From NCBI RefSeq assembly GCF_963921235.1, contig NC_086108.1, positions 78,432,001-78,496,000 on the forward strand: a stretch of DNA of 64,000 nt, in the 5' to 3' direction. The notes under the pieces were generated by a model. It did no database searches, was not told where the DNA came from, and saw only the letters and a list, made by a program, of their open reading frames with translations. Shown one piece after another: positions 12,760 to 24,021 of this stretch. The DNA is from Mobula hypostoma (Eukaryota). Each line of letters starts with the position of its first letter. The first letter of the stretch is position 1. Both the position numbers and the translations under genes were made by a program.

Positions 12760-13875
12760 ATTGGTCCATGCCCTCACTATTTTGAGTACATTAATAATTG
12801 TTGTGATTGTACACATTTTCAAACAAGTTTCATAAATTTTGATACCAATTTTTTAGATTAATTAGATTATAAAGACACGTAGTCCCCTTTTATTGTCATT
12901 TAGTAATGCATGCATTAAGAAATGATACATTATTTCCTCCGGTGTGATATCACAAAAACACAGGACAAACCAAGACTGAAAAAACTGACAAAACCACATA
13001 ATTATACATATAGTTACAACAGTGCACAATACCATAACTTGATGAAGAAAGTTCATGAGCACAGTAAAGTTCAAAGTTTCTCAAATGTCCCACATCTCAC
13101 GCAGATGGGAGAGGGAAGAAAAACTCTCCCTGCCATGCCGACCACAATCCGACTCTGAGTCATTCGAAAACTTCGAACTCTGATCAGCTCTCCGACACCG
13201 AGTACTGAGCGCCATCTCTATCCGAGCGATTCGAACTCTTTCTCGGTCGCCAAAAGCAAGCAAGGCCAGGGATTTTGAGGCCTACCCTCCGAAAGATTCC
13301 CAACCACACTGTAACGACAGCAGCAGATGGGTGTTTCAGAAATTTCTCCAGATGTTCCTCTGCTTTCACATCCATTCTCCATCAAATCAGAAATTGTCCA
13401 CGGCCCCTATTTAACAGATACAACATCATTTTTCACCGGAGAGCTGCACACGTGCGGTGCGCTGCCATCTTCTCCTCCCGCCTACTCTCATTTGTATGCT
13501 ACTCTCATTTTCACATGGCCCATGCCTGACACATCCCTTCCTCTTTTATTCTATCACCATTTCACAGGATAGATGAATTAACAGTATCCAATACATACTT
13601 GCAAAATTCACAGCCACCTTGATTATATTTTCTCTCACTCTGCTTCCTGCATGGACAACATTCTAATCTCCCAGTTCCTCTGTCTCCAACAGATCTGTTA
13701 TGATCCAAGTCTGGCTATCTATCCTAAGCCCACCTGGATTCGATCATAAACATGAGAAAGTCTGAGCATGCTGGAAATCAGTCCTAAAGAAGGGTCTCGG
13801 CCTGAAACATCGACTGTTTATTCATATCCATAGATGCTGCCTGACCTACTGAGATCCTCCAGCATTTTGTGTGGA
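12760..13875 (+). mobile_element. Old Penelope-like RT remnant plus pseudo-LTR, interrupted by the element at 12853-13482
   Basis: Degenerate PLE RT peptides FINFDTNF / LIFTWPMPDTSLPL / HSHLDY...SQFLCLQQIC; terminal motif CAGTCCTAAAGAAGGGTCTCGGCCTGAAACATCGACTG at 13779-13816. Confidence 0.6.
12853..13482 (-). mobile_element. Non-coding retroposon (SINE or LINE 3' end) with (TCTAA)n tail; same family as 35463-36100
   Basis: Starts with TTAGATTAATTAGATT (reverse complement of a TCTAA tail) and is colinear with 35463-36100 over ~600 bp (TTTTATTGTCATTTAG...CCATCAAATCAGAA). Confidence 0.7.
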
Positions 13876-15279
13876 CTTGACAATACATTAGGTTCAAGCA
13901 GTCAAGTGCCCATGCTTACAAAGCATTTGGTCCTACTTCATAATGCAAAGCTTATACCCGCTGAGATTTCACCACCTGACTTGAATGTAGACATGTGTTT
14001 GTTGTTGACAAGACAATCCAAGCACCTACTTACCTTTCTGAATGGTCTAATTCTGCTATGTCTTATGATCTTTCTATTTGTCAGAATCATAGAGTCAAAC
14101 AACATGGAAATTGACCCTTTGCTCCTCAGTATCTGTGTCTACTGTCATGCACCCTGCTACACTAATCCCATTTTTCCTCCCATTCCCCATAAGCCCCATC
14201 GTCAATAAGGTCAATGTGCAGTGGCCAATTACCTTACCAACCAGCACATTTTCGATGTGTTGAGGAAAACTAGAGAACCTGGGGAAACCTACACAGTCAC
14301 AGAGAAAACATAGAAATTCAACAAAAACATCACCGGAGGTCAGTATTGAACTTAAGTCACTTTAACTGAGACAGCAGTATTAATGGCTACATTATTGAGC
14401 CACCCAGTTGAAATATAGTTAATTCAAAGAACTTGTCAAACAGTAAACTGAACTCAAATCCATCAGTAGGTAGGTTCAATAACCAACCATAATGTCAACA
14501 AACTGTTGCAGCTACAAATTTAAACTCGTTATTCATCAGCTCAAGTTTCACATCTGCATATATCCTGTGACTGAATTGTAGGAGAATCCCATCCATTTCC
14601 TTAGAGACTTTAACTCAAACCACAGTACAAAAGCCACATAGTGAAAACGAGCAGCCCAAGTATATTTTAAACAGCTAAAATTCCAACCTATACCAAAAGT
14701 TTATTCAGAAAGTCTGACAGAACCCTTGAAAGGTTTTATTGTGCTTTTTCAAAAAGAAAATATAACTATTAGGTCTAACCTCTAGATTTCATTACTGTGT
14801 AATTAAATCACTAACTCCAACCTATTGAGTTGCAGATGATGCTTTGCTGTTGACTTCTTATGACTGCAAAAGCAGTATCCCTGCCTCACATGTAATATAC
14901 ATGTTTCATGTGGTTTTCATTATATATTTAATTCTAGAATAAGTGAACATTTTATTTTATTACTTTGCTTCAACTGGGTCATGTCAAATATTCACCACAA
15001 AATCTTAACATAAAGATGGAAAAACATTGACAATGGGAAAAAAATACTAGCAGTATTAGAAGGCAGAACATATATCAGTACAGCACAGGAACAAGGCCTA
15101 CAGTCCATGGTGTCTGTGCCAATTTACAATAAATTGCCAATTTGCCTGTACATGGTCTATCAACACCTGTCAATTTTCTGCCTATTTGTTTGTCTAAATG
15201 CCTTTTAAATGTTTCTACCATATCATGGAGGATAGGGAGGTCAGGAAGGGGTATGCTTACAATCTAGGCAGCGTATGTT

Positions 15280-16220
15280 AATATCAAGGAAGAGATCGTG
15301 AAGAACATTAAGGTGGATATCCCCAGGATCTGATCTGAACTATACCAGGTTCTTGACAGAGGGAAGAGATGAGATTTCTGAGAATTTAACAGAGAGAGAA
15401 CTTGAAAATACCAATGTTGTTCCTCTCTTCAGAACATAGAACAGTACAGCACAATACTGGCCCTTCAGCCACAATGTTGTGTCAACCCTTTAACCTTATC
15501 CAATCCTCTCCCAAATAGCTCTCCATTTTTCTTTTAGCCATAGGTAGGCCAGTGAGTCTTTCAAAGTTGAGAAATTATTGCAGAAGCTTCATAAGGATAG
15601 AATGTACTTGCATCTGTAAAAGCACTGACTTTATATAGTTTATAGAGTCAGCATGGCTTTCTGCAGAGGAGGTCTTGCAGACATAACTGTGTCTTTTGAG
15701 GAACTGGCATACATAATAAATTAGGGTAGGCCAGAAGATATTATATACTGTACATGGATTTTAGTACAGCTTTTGACAAGCTCCCTCATGGTGAGCTGAT
15801 CCAGAAGATTAAGGCACGTGAGATCAATGTAAACTTCGTAGATTGGATAAAAAATCCTTGGACCAGATTCAAAATTGGCTTGGCCACAGAAGACGAAGGA
15901 TGGTGGTGGGATGGGAATATTGTTCAGACTGGAGGTCTGTGACCAAAACTGTTCTGCAAGGATCTGTACTGTGACCTCTGTTGTCATTAATATGGCAAAA
16001 ATATAGGTGGATTGATTAGCAAGTTTCCAAAACTCTAAAAGGTACAAATAATGAAGAAGGTTGTCAATGGAGTCAGCAGGATACGGACCATTTGGAAATG
16101 TGGACAGAGAAATGGCAGCTGGAGTTTAACCCAGATAAGTGTGAGGGGTTGCACTATGGGAGGTCAAATTCAAGTAAAAAGTATGTAATAAACAGCAGGG
16201 CTCTTAGTAGCATTGATGCA
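15280..16220 (+). mobile_element. Decayed CR1 LINE RT fragment
   Basis: MDFSTAFDKLPHGELIQKIK; WTEKWQLEFNPDKCEGLHYGR; homologous to the CR1 copies at 29141 and 49415. Confidence 0.8.
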
Positions 16221-17341
16221 TAGTACTACGAAAAAAAATACTAGTCTGGTGGCATTGTGTGCAATTGCAATAGCCCAGGTCATATTAATTTGAAGAGAAA
16301 TGCTTCAGACCATGTTACTTAGATTAGTGCAAGCTACTTCAGGAAAGAAGTCATTAAGCTACTGAAAACTATCATAGGCTGTAGCAATGAACTCTCAAAC
16401 TTCTCTACATTATGATTCAAGAGCTGCTCAATTAGCATAAAGATTTGAAGTGCAAGATCACACATGCTTGCAATTTTTGTGTATGGAATAAGAGGGATAA
16501 CAGAATACTATTTTACTTTTATTGGATGAATGACTCCTTTTTAAATACAGTACAGACAAAAGTTTTCATAAAGTCTGCTGAAATCAGTGCATTTCCACAT
16601 TCATTCTGCATACGCACCAAAATTGAAGTGGCCATGAGAGTAAAATGGCAGGAGTCTGAAAAATTATTAAGTCCTTCAAAAAACTGTAAAGATTTTGGAT
16701 GTCCAAGAGGAGTCTAATTCTACTTTTGTATAATGCAGTACAACAATGATAATCTAATATCTAAATGTTCAAAACTCTTGATAGGTTAGCATTTCAGCAC
16801 TCTCATTTATCCAGAGTATGAACAAGTTATGTAGTCAGAGTTAAAGTTAATGATTGGAACACTAGGTGTCAGAACATGGTTAGGTTTGGGGCCAGAGCTA
16901 ATGTCCATGCCCTGTTTTTCCTCCTCTCCTTAAAAACAGGCAGGTTTTCTAGAAAATTTGTCATACCACTGTGTAACATTGAAAAAGTAAAAGTTTGCCT
17001 ATTAATAGTAGTAACATTCAATAGTCCAAGAAAATCAGCTCAACAAGCACCCAAATCCCAGGAGTGATGGCTTGCCGTAGTGGTGGCTTAACAGGGGAGA
17101 TATTGGTGATCAATTTGATGAGAAAATCAAGGTGTACAGACGTGCAATAGAAAAAGTTGCAAATGCAATCCCACAATTTGAGCAGAGAGAGGAGAAAGCA
17201 ATGTCCATGGTTCATCGACATGGACTCTTGTAAGTGATATCAGTACAATTGGAAATTTGTAACAGAATTCAGCAGAGTCAACTTGGTTTTATGAAAAGGA
17301 ACACAGACAAAGTGTTGAAGGAACTCAGCAGTCAGGCAGCA

Positions 17342-17900
17342 TCTTCTTCTTCTTCATGTGCCTTGCGCTTTACCCGCTTGGGCGATCATGGCTCTCCACA
17401 TCGACGATCCCTCGCAGCGTCAATGATACCTTGCACATTTAGATTTGTTAGTTCTTTCACAGTGTCCATATATTTTCTTCTTTGCCTTCCTCTTCCACAT
17501 TTCCCAGGCATACAGCCTTGTAACGTAAAGCATTCTATTTCTCCCTTTCTGATGACATAGCCCAGGAAATTAAGTTTCCTTTCATTTAATGTTCTCATTA
17601 GAGATCTTTTTGTATGGGCACGTTGGAGTACTGTCTCATTAGTCACCCTATCTCTATATGATATTTTCAGCACTCTTCTAAGAAACCACATTTCTGTTGC
17701 TTCTAAGTTTCTTTGGAATTCTGGTGTTATAGTCCATGTTTTGGAAGCATACAGCAAGATTGACCAGATGTAACATTTTAGTAGCCTAGGCCCTGTTGTC
17801 ATAGAAATATGTCTGTTGGTAAAAATGGGATTCATTTTTGGAAGTTGGTTTTAGCAATGACAATTTTTCTTTTTATTTCTACTTTACTTCTAGTCTTCTC
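17342..17900 (-). mobile_element. RTE-clade LINE 3' fragment with (GAA)n tail
   Basis: ORF 17386-17835: RLLKCYIWSILLYASKTWT...LEATEMWFLRRVLKISYRDRVTNETVL...GKCGRGRQRRKYMD, typical of the RTE RT C-terminus; tail TCTTCTTCTTCTTC at 17342. Confidence 0.88.
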
Positions 17901-17904
17901 TGTG

Positions 17905-18310
17905 GATTGTCACCTTGTCGTGGTGGAGAAGCTTGTGTGGTCCTGTGATTCCGAGAGCAATGCCGTCTGGAGTCATGCTCCTGGTAGGGTCACCCATGGC
18001 GGTAAGGTCGAGGGTGAGGTCCCTGACAAAGAACAATCCAACCAAGACCTCAATAGTGGAACAGGTGGATGAAGTTACTTCGAACTCAACGGCTGTGAAG
18101 ACAGATGAAAGCTACAACAAATCCATCAGCTCCAATCGTCGTGGTTTCCATGCTATTGGAATCAGTTGGTTGATTTGTGAAATATTGTATGCTTATTGGA
18201 GTGCAACATCAAGTACACGTTAAACAAATACACGCACTTCACTCTGTGGGACACTTCTTCAGAATGAAGACCATCATCCTCGACCCCGAGGGATAGCCAC
18301 GACGACGACG
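17905..18310 (+). mobile_element. Short non-autonomous RTE-derived element (RTE 5'-UTR domain joined to a 3' end with (GAC)n tail)
   Basis: CACCTTGTCGTGGTGGAG...TCCTGGTAGGGTCACCCATGGC...CTGACAAAGA resembles the conserved 5' region of RTE/Rex3/BovB elements; ends in CACGACGACGACG. Confidence 0.6.
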
Positions 18311-18357
18311 CTGACAACTTCTAGCAACTTGTGATATAAAACTACCAAGGCAATTAA

Positions 18358-18768
18358 AGCAACACACATCAAAGTTGCTGGTGAACGCAGCAGGTCAGGC
18401 AGCATCTCTAGGAAGAGGTACAGTCGACATTTCAGGCCGAGACCCTTCGTCAGGACTAACTGAAGAAAGATTTAGTAAGAGATTTGAAAGTGGGAGGGGG
18501 AGGGGGAGATCCAAAATGATAGGAGAAGACAGGAGGGGGAGGGATGGAGCCAAGAGCTGGACAGGTGATTGGCAAAAGGGATATGAGAGGATCATGGGAC
18601 AGGAGGCCCAGGGAGAAGGAAAAGGGGGAGTGGGGGAAAAACCCAGAGGATGGGTAAGGGGTATAGTCAGAGGGAGAGAGGGAGAAAAAGGAGAGAGGGA
18701 GAAAAAGGAGAGAGAGAGAGAGAATGTGTGTATAAAAATAAATAACGGATGGGGTACGAGGGGGAGAT
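18358..18768 (-). mobile_element. Penelope-like pseudo-LTR / 3' UTR fragment
   Basis: Near-identical to 46988-47103 and 43001-43370; carries the hammerhead-like core at 18421-18457 followed by a purine-rich tract. Confidence 0.85.
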
Positions 18769-20362
18769 ACGTTAGTCTTTTTGTTGAAAAATACTGTAGA
18801 GAAAATAACCTCGATAGGTGCCTTGTGATTGTTGATAATTGTGCTGCTCGTCCTCCTGACATTACCGAGTATGGCAGTAACAGATCGTATTGCGCTCTTA
18901 CCGCCAAATACAACATCGTTGCTGCAGCCGTGTGACCAAGGCCTAATAGCCACAATTAAGGCTTACTATATGCAAAATGTGATGCGTTTTATTGTAAGTG
19001 CTAATGACAGAGAGGGCAACTCCGAAGCATCTTTGCGAGAGATCTGGAAAGACTACAATATAAAACTGGCAATCGCCAACATTGGAGATGCTCTCGATAT
19101 GCTACCAGTCTCGATGAGAAATGGTGTTTGGAGGAAACTATGTCCCGAAGCAGTGAACGATTTTAAAGGCTTCGAATCATCAACAATAAATACAACAATA
19201 GTGAGCTTGGCTAAGGAGGCTGGGTTTGTGGAAGTTGACGAAGATGATGTTGAAGAGGTTTTAGCATCCTATGACCAAGAATTGACAGATGAAGAGCTGA
19301 TGCAATTGCAAGAGGAAAGGATAACAAACGAAACCGAACACAGTAGCGAAAATGAAGTCGTCCAGGGACTGAACGTGAAGCAGTTGCGAGAGATTTTCGC
19401 TGCAATTGACAGCGCTGCAATGATTGCAGAAAAGTCTGACTTTAATTTTGAAAGGGCACGTAGGTTTAGGGCAGGTTTGCAGGATGTTTTGAGTGCTTAC
19501 AAAGAACTGTATGATCTAAAAATGCTCGAGGCTCAGCAGTCAAGTATAATGTCGTTTTTCAAGCCTTGCACATCAGCCACAGCAGACGATGAACCTCAAC
19601 CTTCGACATCGAGGCAGGCAGACATAGAAGATGACCTGGCTGCCATATTGGAAATAGACTACAATGAGATGACACCCCAGTCTCCCCTACCTCCCACCAC
19701 CCCAATTTCTGACGACTCAGCCTAACACACCAACCCAATTCCTGTAAGTGAAACTACACTGTACATACATTATTTCTACTTTATATGGGTTGTGTATTTT
19801 TGTGTTATTTAGTATGATTTGTTATTTGGTATGATCTGGCAGCCTCATAGCTCAAAGGTTACTGGAGAGAGTGCTTCCGCCGACAACACCTGCGCCGACA
19901 GTGCATGTGTGAGATTTTCGCTGCACTAGACTGTGCTTCAATGATTGCAAAAAGTATTTCTACTTTATATGGGCTGTGTATTTTTGAGTTATTTAGTATG
20001 ATTTGTTATTTGGTATGATCTGGCAGCCTCATAGCTTAAAGGTTACTGGAGAGAGTGCTTCTGCCGAGAGCGCATGCGTGAGATTTTTGCTGCACTAGGC
20101 AGTACTTCAATGATTGCAAAAAGTATTCCTATTTTATATAGGCTGTGTATTTATCATATCATTCCTGCTTTTACTATATGTTACTGTTATTTTAGGTTTT
20201 ATGTGTTATTTGGCATGATTTGGTAGGTTATTTTTTGGGTCTGGAAACGCACAAAAATTTTTCCCATATTAATAAATGGTAATTGCTTCTTCACTTAACG
20301 ACATTTCAGCTTACGAACCGTTTCATTGGAACGCTCTACCTTCGGATGGCGGGGGAAACCTG
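18769..20362 (+). mobile_element. Tigger/pogo-type transposon, 5'-truncated, with DDE transposase C-terminal half
   Basis: CLVIVDNCAARP then (frameshift) LPPNTTSLLQPCDQGLIATIKAYY are DDE_1 family motifs. ORF runs to the stop at 19725. Right TIR ...GGGGGAAACCTG|TA at 20362-20364. Confidence 0.92.
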
Positions 20363-20364
20363 TA

Positions 20365-20830
20365 TTTGTACATCTACAACACGCCCTATAGCCCTGACAT
20401 TCACTGTGAGGGTCCGCCCTGATTTGATTTTACAAAATGCAATACCCCACACTTACCAAATTAAACTCCATTTCCCATTCCTAGGCCCACTTACTCAGCT
20501 AATCAGATCTCCCTGTAATTTTTGATAACCTTTTTTATTGCCCAGTATACCACCTATTTTCCTGTCATCTGCAAACTTGCTAAACATGTATTGTAAATTT
20601 CTTTCCAAATCATTGATATAGATGACAAACAACAATGGGCCCTACGCCAAGCTAAGTTATACCACTAGTCACAGGCTTCCAATCCAAAAATCAGCCTTCT
20701 AATTTGATTCTTCCATCGTGCCTATTGCATCCAATTTGCAAGTTCTCCCTAGATCTCATACAACCTAACCTTCCAAAGCAGCCTCCCATGTAGAACCTTA
20801 TCAAATGTCTTTTTTTTGTCAAGAATCTTA
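20365..20830 (-). mobile_element. Decayed CR1 LINE RT fragment
   Basis: Minus-strand peptides FDKVLHGRLLWKVR and KFADD (reverse complement of GTCATCTGCAAACTT near 20563-20578). Confidence 0.75.
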
Positions 20831-22239
20831 TCAAGATCTAACATTTTTAGTTCTGTGGCATACGATTGCTGCAACTTACTGAACCCCTCATGCAAGCTTT
20901 TTCCCCCCACTGCTGTTAGGCCCAAGAACACGCGAGTCCTTACCATTTCTCCTTCTATATTCCGTTCTACTTTTTTTTCTTCCCCAACCTATGAAAGAGG
21001 TCATCTAGTAATAAAGAATTTAGGTCCTTATTTACAACAATTAGGTCCAAGCATTACCATTAATTTTTCCCAATGATAAAAACCAGGCAGAGTAATTATC
21101 TGGACTGCTTGCCTTTACTAGCCAAGGCATAGAATTCTAGAGTAAAAGGTTATGTTGGAAGTACATACAACACTTATCAAGCCGGAACTTGAGTACAGCA
21201 CTGTTATTAAAAGAGGTCACTGCAGAAGAGATTTATGAGGATGTTGCTGGAAGGCAAGATAAATAGGCTTGGGTAATTTAATTTCTTTGGAGCATAGAGG
21301 AGGAAAAGTTTAATCGACAGAATTAAAGGACTCATTTTCTCTAGTGGGGGAATCAAAAAAAAAATCGGGACATGGGTTTAAATTAATTGGGAGGATTAAA
21401 GGAGAAATTATGTAAAGTTCTTTTCTACCAGAGGATGGTAGGAATTGAAAATTGCTACCTGAAAGGACGATAGAAGCAGTAATCTTCATTGTTCTTAAAA
21501 TCTACTTGGATGTGTCATGCAGTGCTACAGACTTAGTGCTGCTCGTTTTTCTGCTAGTTACCTTTAGTTTGTGACTACCAGATTACTTGTACACTTGCTC
21601 AAGTACTTATTTCAAAGTTATAAAATCTTCGAATTTTTTGCTTTTTAAACATGGGTATGATGAATCCAATACCATATTTTCAACCAGTAAGATGCTTTTT
21701 AATTATACTTTCCTGTTACTCAGAGGAAAGTGAAACAATTCTAAAGGACCTAAAGGCTAGATTCCAAACAAACACACATTCTGTCTGGAGGTTGGTGACC
21801 AGAGTGGTGTTCCTCAGAGATCTGTTTCGACTCCTCTGCTCTGTGATTTTTACAAGTGACTTGGATGAGGAAGTGGAAGGGTGGGTTAATAAATTTTCAG
21901 ATTACATGAAGGTTGGTGGTTTTCCTGTACTGTTCTATGTTCCATGATCCATTTGCCAGAGGTCATGAGTTTAAAACCATTTCTCTATATCAATAAGCTG
22001 GGAGGAACTTACATGCACTAACTTAAAAGGTGATGAAATCTAATTATACAAATGATGTTAAATGAGACTTGGCCAGGTACTCAAGGATAAAAATAGTTTA
22101 CAACTTTGGACCAAAAGCAAGCATAGGGGCTAAGCACAAGTTCAACAGAATGAATAGACCACTTCTGTGATCTGGCATCAAAACTTAATCACTTAAATAC
22201 ACTTAGCGGGAGTATGGCACGGATAGTGATATTTCTTGC

Positions 22240-22492
22240 CTCCGCATGCAAGTCCTGGTTGAGGTCCACTGCTGATTCTCCCAGAATTACCCTGATTTCA
22301 TCTCTCTCAGATGGAGGGACACATTCCTCTATTAGTTTCCACAGTGATGATGGTTGCTTATAGTTATTAGTAAATCTGTTTTCATCTTCAAACTTTAGAC
22401 TTTGTTCTGCGTCAGATCCAGAGGCATTAAACCAAGGTGTCTGTCCCATCGATGATTGCATATACACATGCCAATTACTCCCCAGGCAGATC
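22240..22492 (-). CDS. CCDC24: CCDC24 (coiled-coil domain-containing 24) coding exon, putative exon 2
   Basis: Encodes PSSLWKLIEECVPPSERDEIRVILGESAVDLNQDLHAE, closely matching the CCDC24 N-terminal motif as I recall it ([37 protein letters not shown]). Acceptor TTCTTTTGCAG at 22493; probable donor GAG|GCAAGA at 22239. In-frame ATGs at 22461 and 22449. Confidence 0.85.
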
Positions 22493-24021
22493 CTGCAAAA
22501 GAAAATGGTAGGATAAATGGACTGATAAATGAATCAATGAATGCTTTAGTGCTGGAAGAAACGCTGACAATTTCAAAACCTTTATTTAGGATATTCACAA
22601 ACAAAATAGTAAGAATAAGGCAGTGAGTGACGGTTAATTGCTAGGTGGAGAGCAAATTTAGAGTGCACCTCCAGTCCCAGGAAGAGCAGTGTAAGACGAC
22701 AAAGGCCTCCCTAAACTGTAAGAGGCGCTGATAGCCTATTAGGAAAGATGAAAATGTCAAAAAGAGAATATCATCAAGAGATTGAATCAGCAGGAAAATT
22801 GGAAATAACAAATATAGATTGGCTACTTTGGAAACTCAAAAAGAGAAAGGAAACATTTAGGAGATTAATACATTTAGGAATCTGAAGAATAAGGTGTGCC
22901 TGGTTTTGTTGAGGATTAAATTATAAGATTTAGTTTATATGTTACTGCTTTTCATTACCAGTCTCAAGTAGAACTTCCTCATTAGCAAAGGACCAACTTT
23001 AATGGGAAAAAAGAGGCTTTGATCCAGTTCAAGCAGAACCAAAATGAGCAAATAAAAAGGTAATGGAATACTGGGAGACATATAAATAAGAGATGAGAGA
23101 TGTTTCATATAACAGCCAAATGCATTCCCACAGAACAGGACAAAGTAGATGAACTTATGCCACAGCTGCTAATATGACAAAAGGGATACAAATACGATAA
23201 AACAAAGAAAGTGGGGGCACACAAGTGCAACACTATTACAGCTCAGGGTGGCAGAGTTCAAAGTTCAATCCCAGAATCCTCTGTAAGTAGTTTGTACATC
23301 ATCCTTGTGGAATATGTAGGTTTCCTCCAGATGCTCCAATTTCCTCCCACAGTCCAAAGGCATACCGGTTAATAGGTTAATTGGTCATTGTAAATTGTCC
23401 TGTGATTAGGCTAGGGTTAAAAGGTGGGTTGCTGGCAGCACAGCTCGAAGGGCCAATTCCAATCTGTTCCTCTAAATAAATAAATAATATAATATATGCA
23501 AGAAGAAAATCAAGCTAAATAATTGTTGAATGGATGGATGAAAAGGACAATCAAATGAGAAAAGTGAAAATAGAATTGCAAAAAATCCAAAAATCTACAC
23601 TCAACATGTGAACTATATACAATAGTAATAGGATAGAAAGAAGAGTTTAAGAACCAAGAGAGTCATCCAAGCATTCAGAAAAGACCAGAAACAGGTCAAA
23701 TAGCCCCTCAAATTTGGTCTGCTCTTTGGTAAGAACATGGTAGGTTCGATTTTGGCCTCAATTCCTTGTTCATTCCTCATCACCCTTGATCCTCCAATCA
23801 TCTCCCTCAGAATATATTTAAAGATATAGTCTTCATAGTTCTCCAGAACAAATAATTCCAAATATCCATTTCATCTGAGAGAAATAATTGCTCACTTTAT
23901 CATAAATGCTCAGTGTGTTACTCTAACAATGTTTCCTGATTTTAGATTCCTCCCCATGAGGTCATATTTATCAACTTCAGCTGTTTATAATATTAAATGA
24001 TTATTTGTCATTTTTCTAAAC

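Noticed and set aside
18375..18955. Overlapping 165-186-aa ORFs on both strands
   Set aside because: They derive from the purine-rich Penelope 3' UTR joined to the Tigger fragment.
20857..20865. GGCATACGA resembling part of an Illumina adapter
   Set aside because: Only 9 nt match and the flanks differ; expected by chance.
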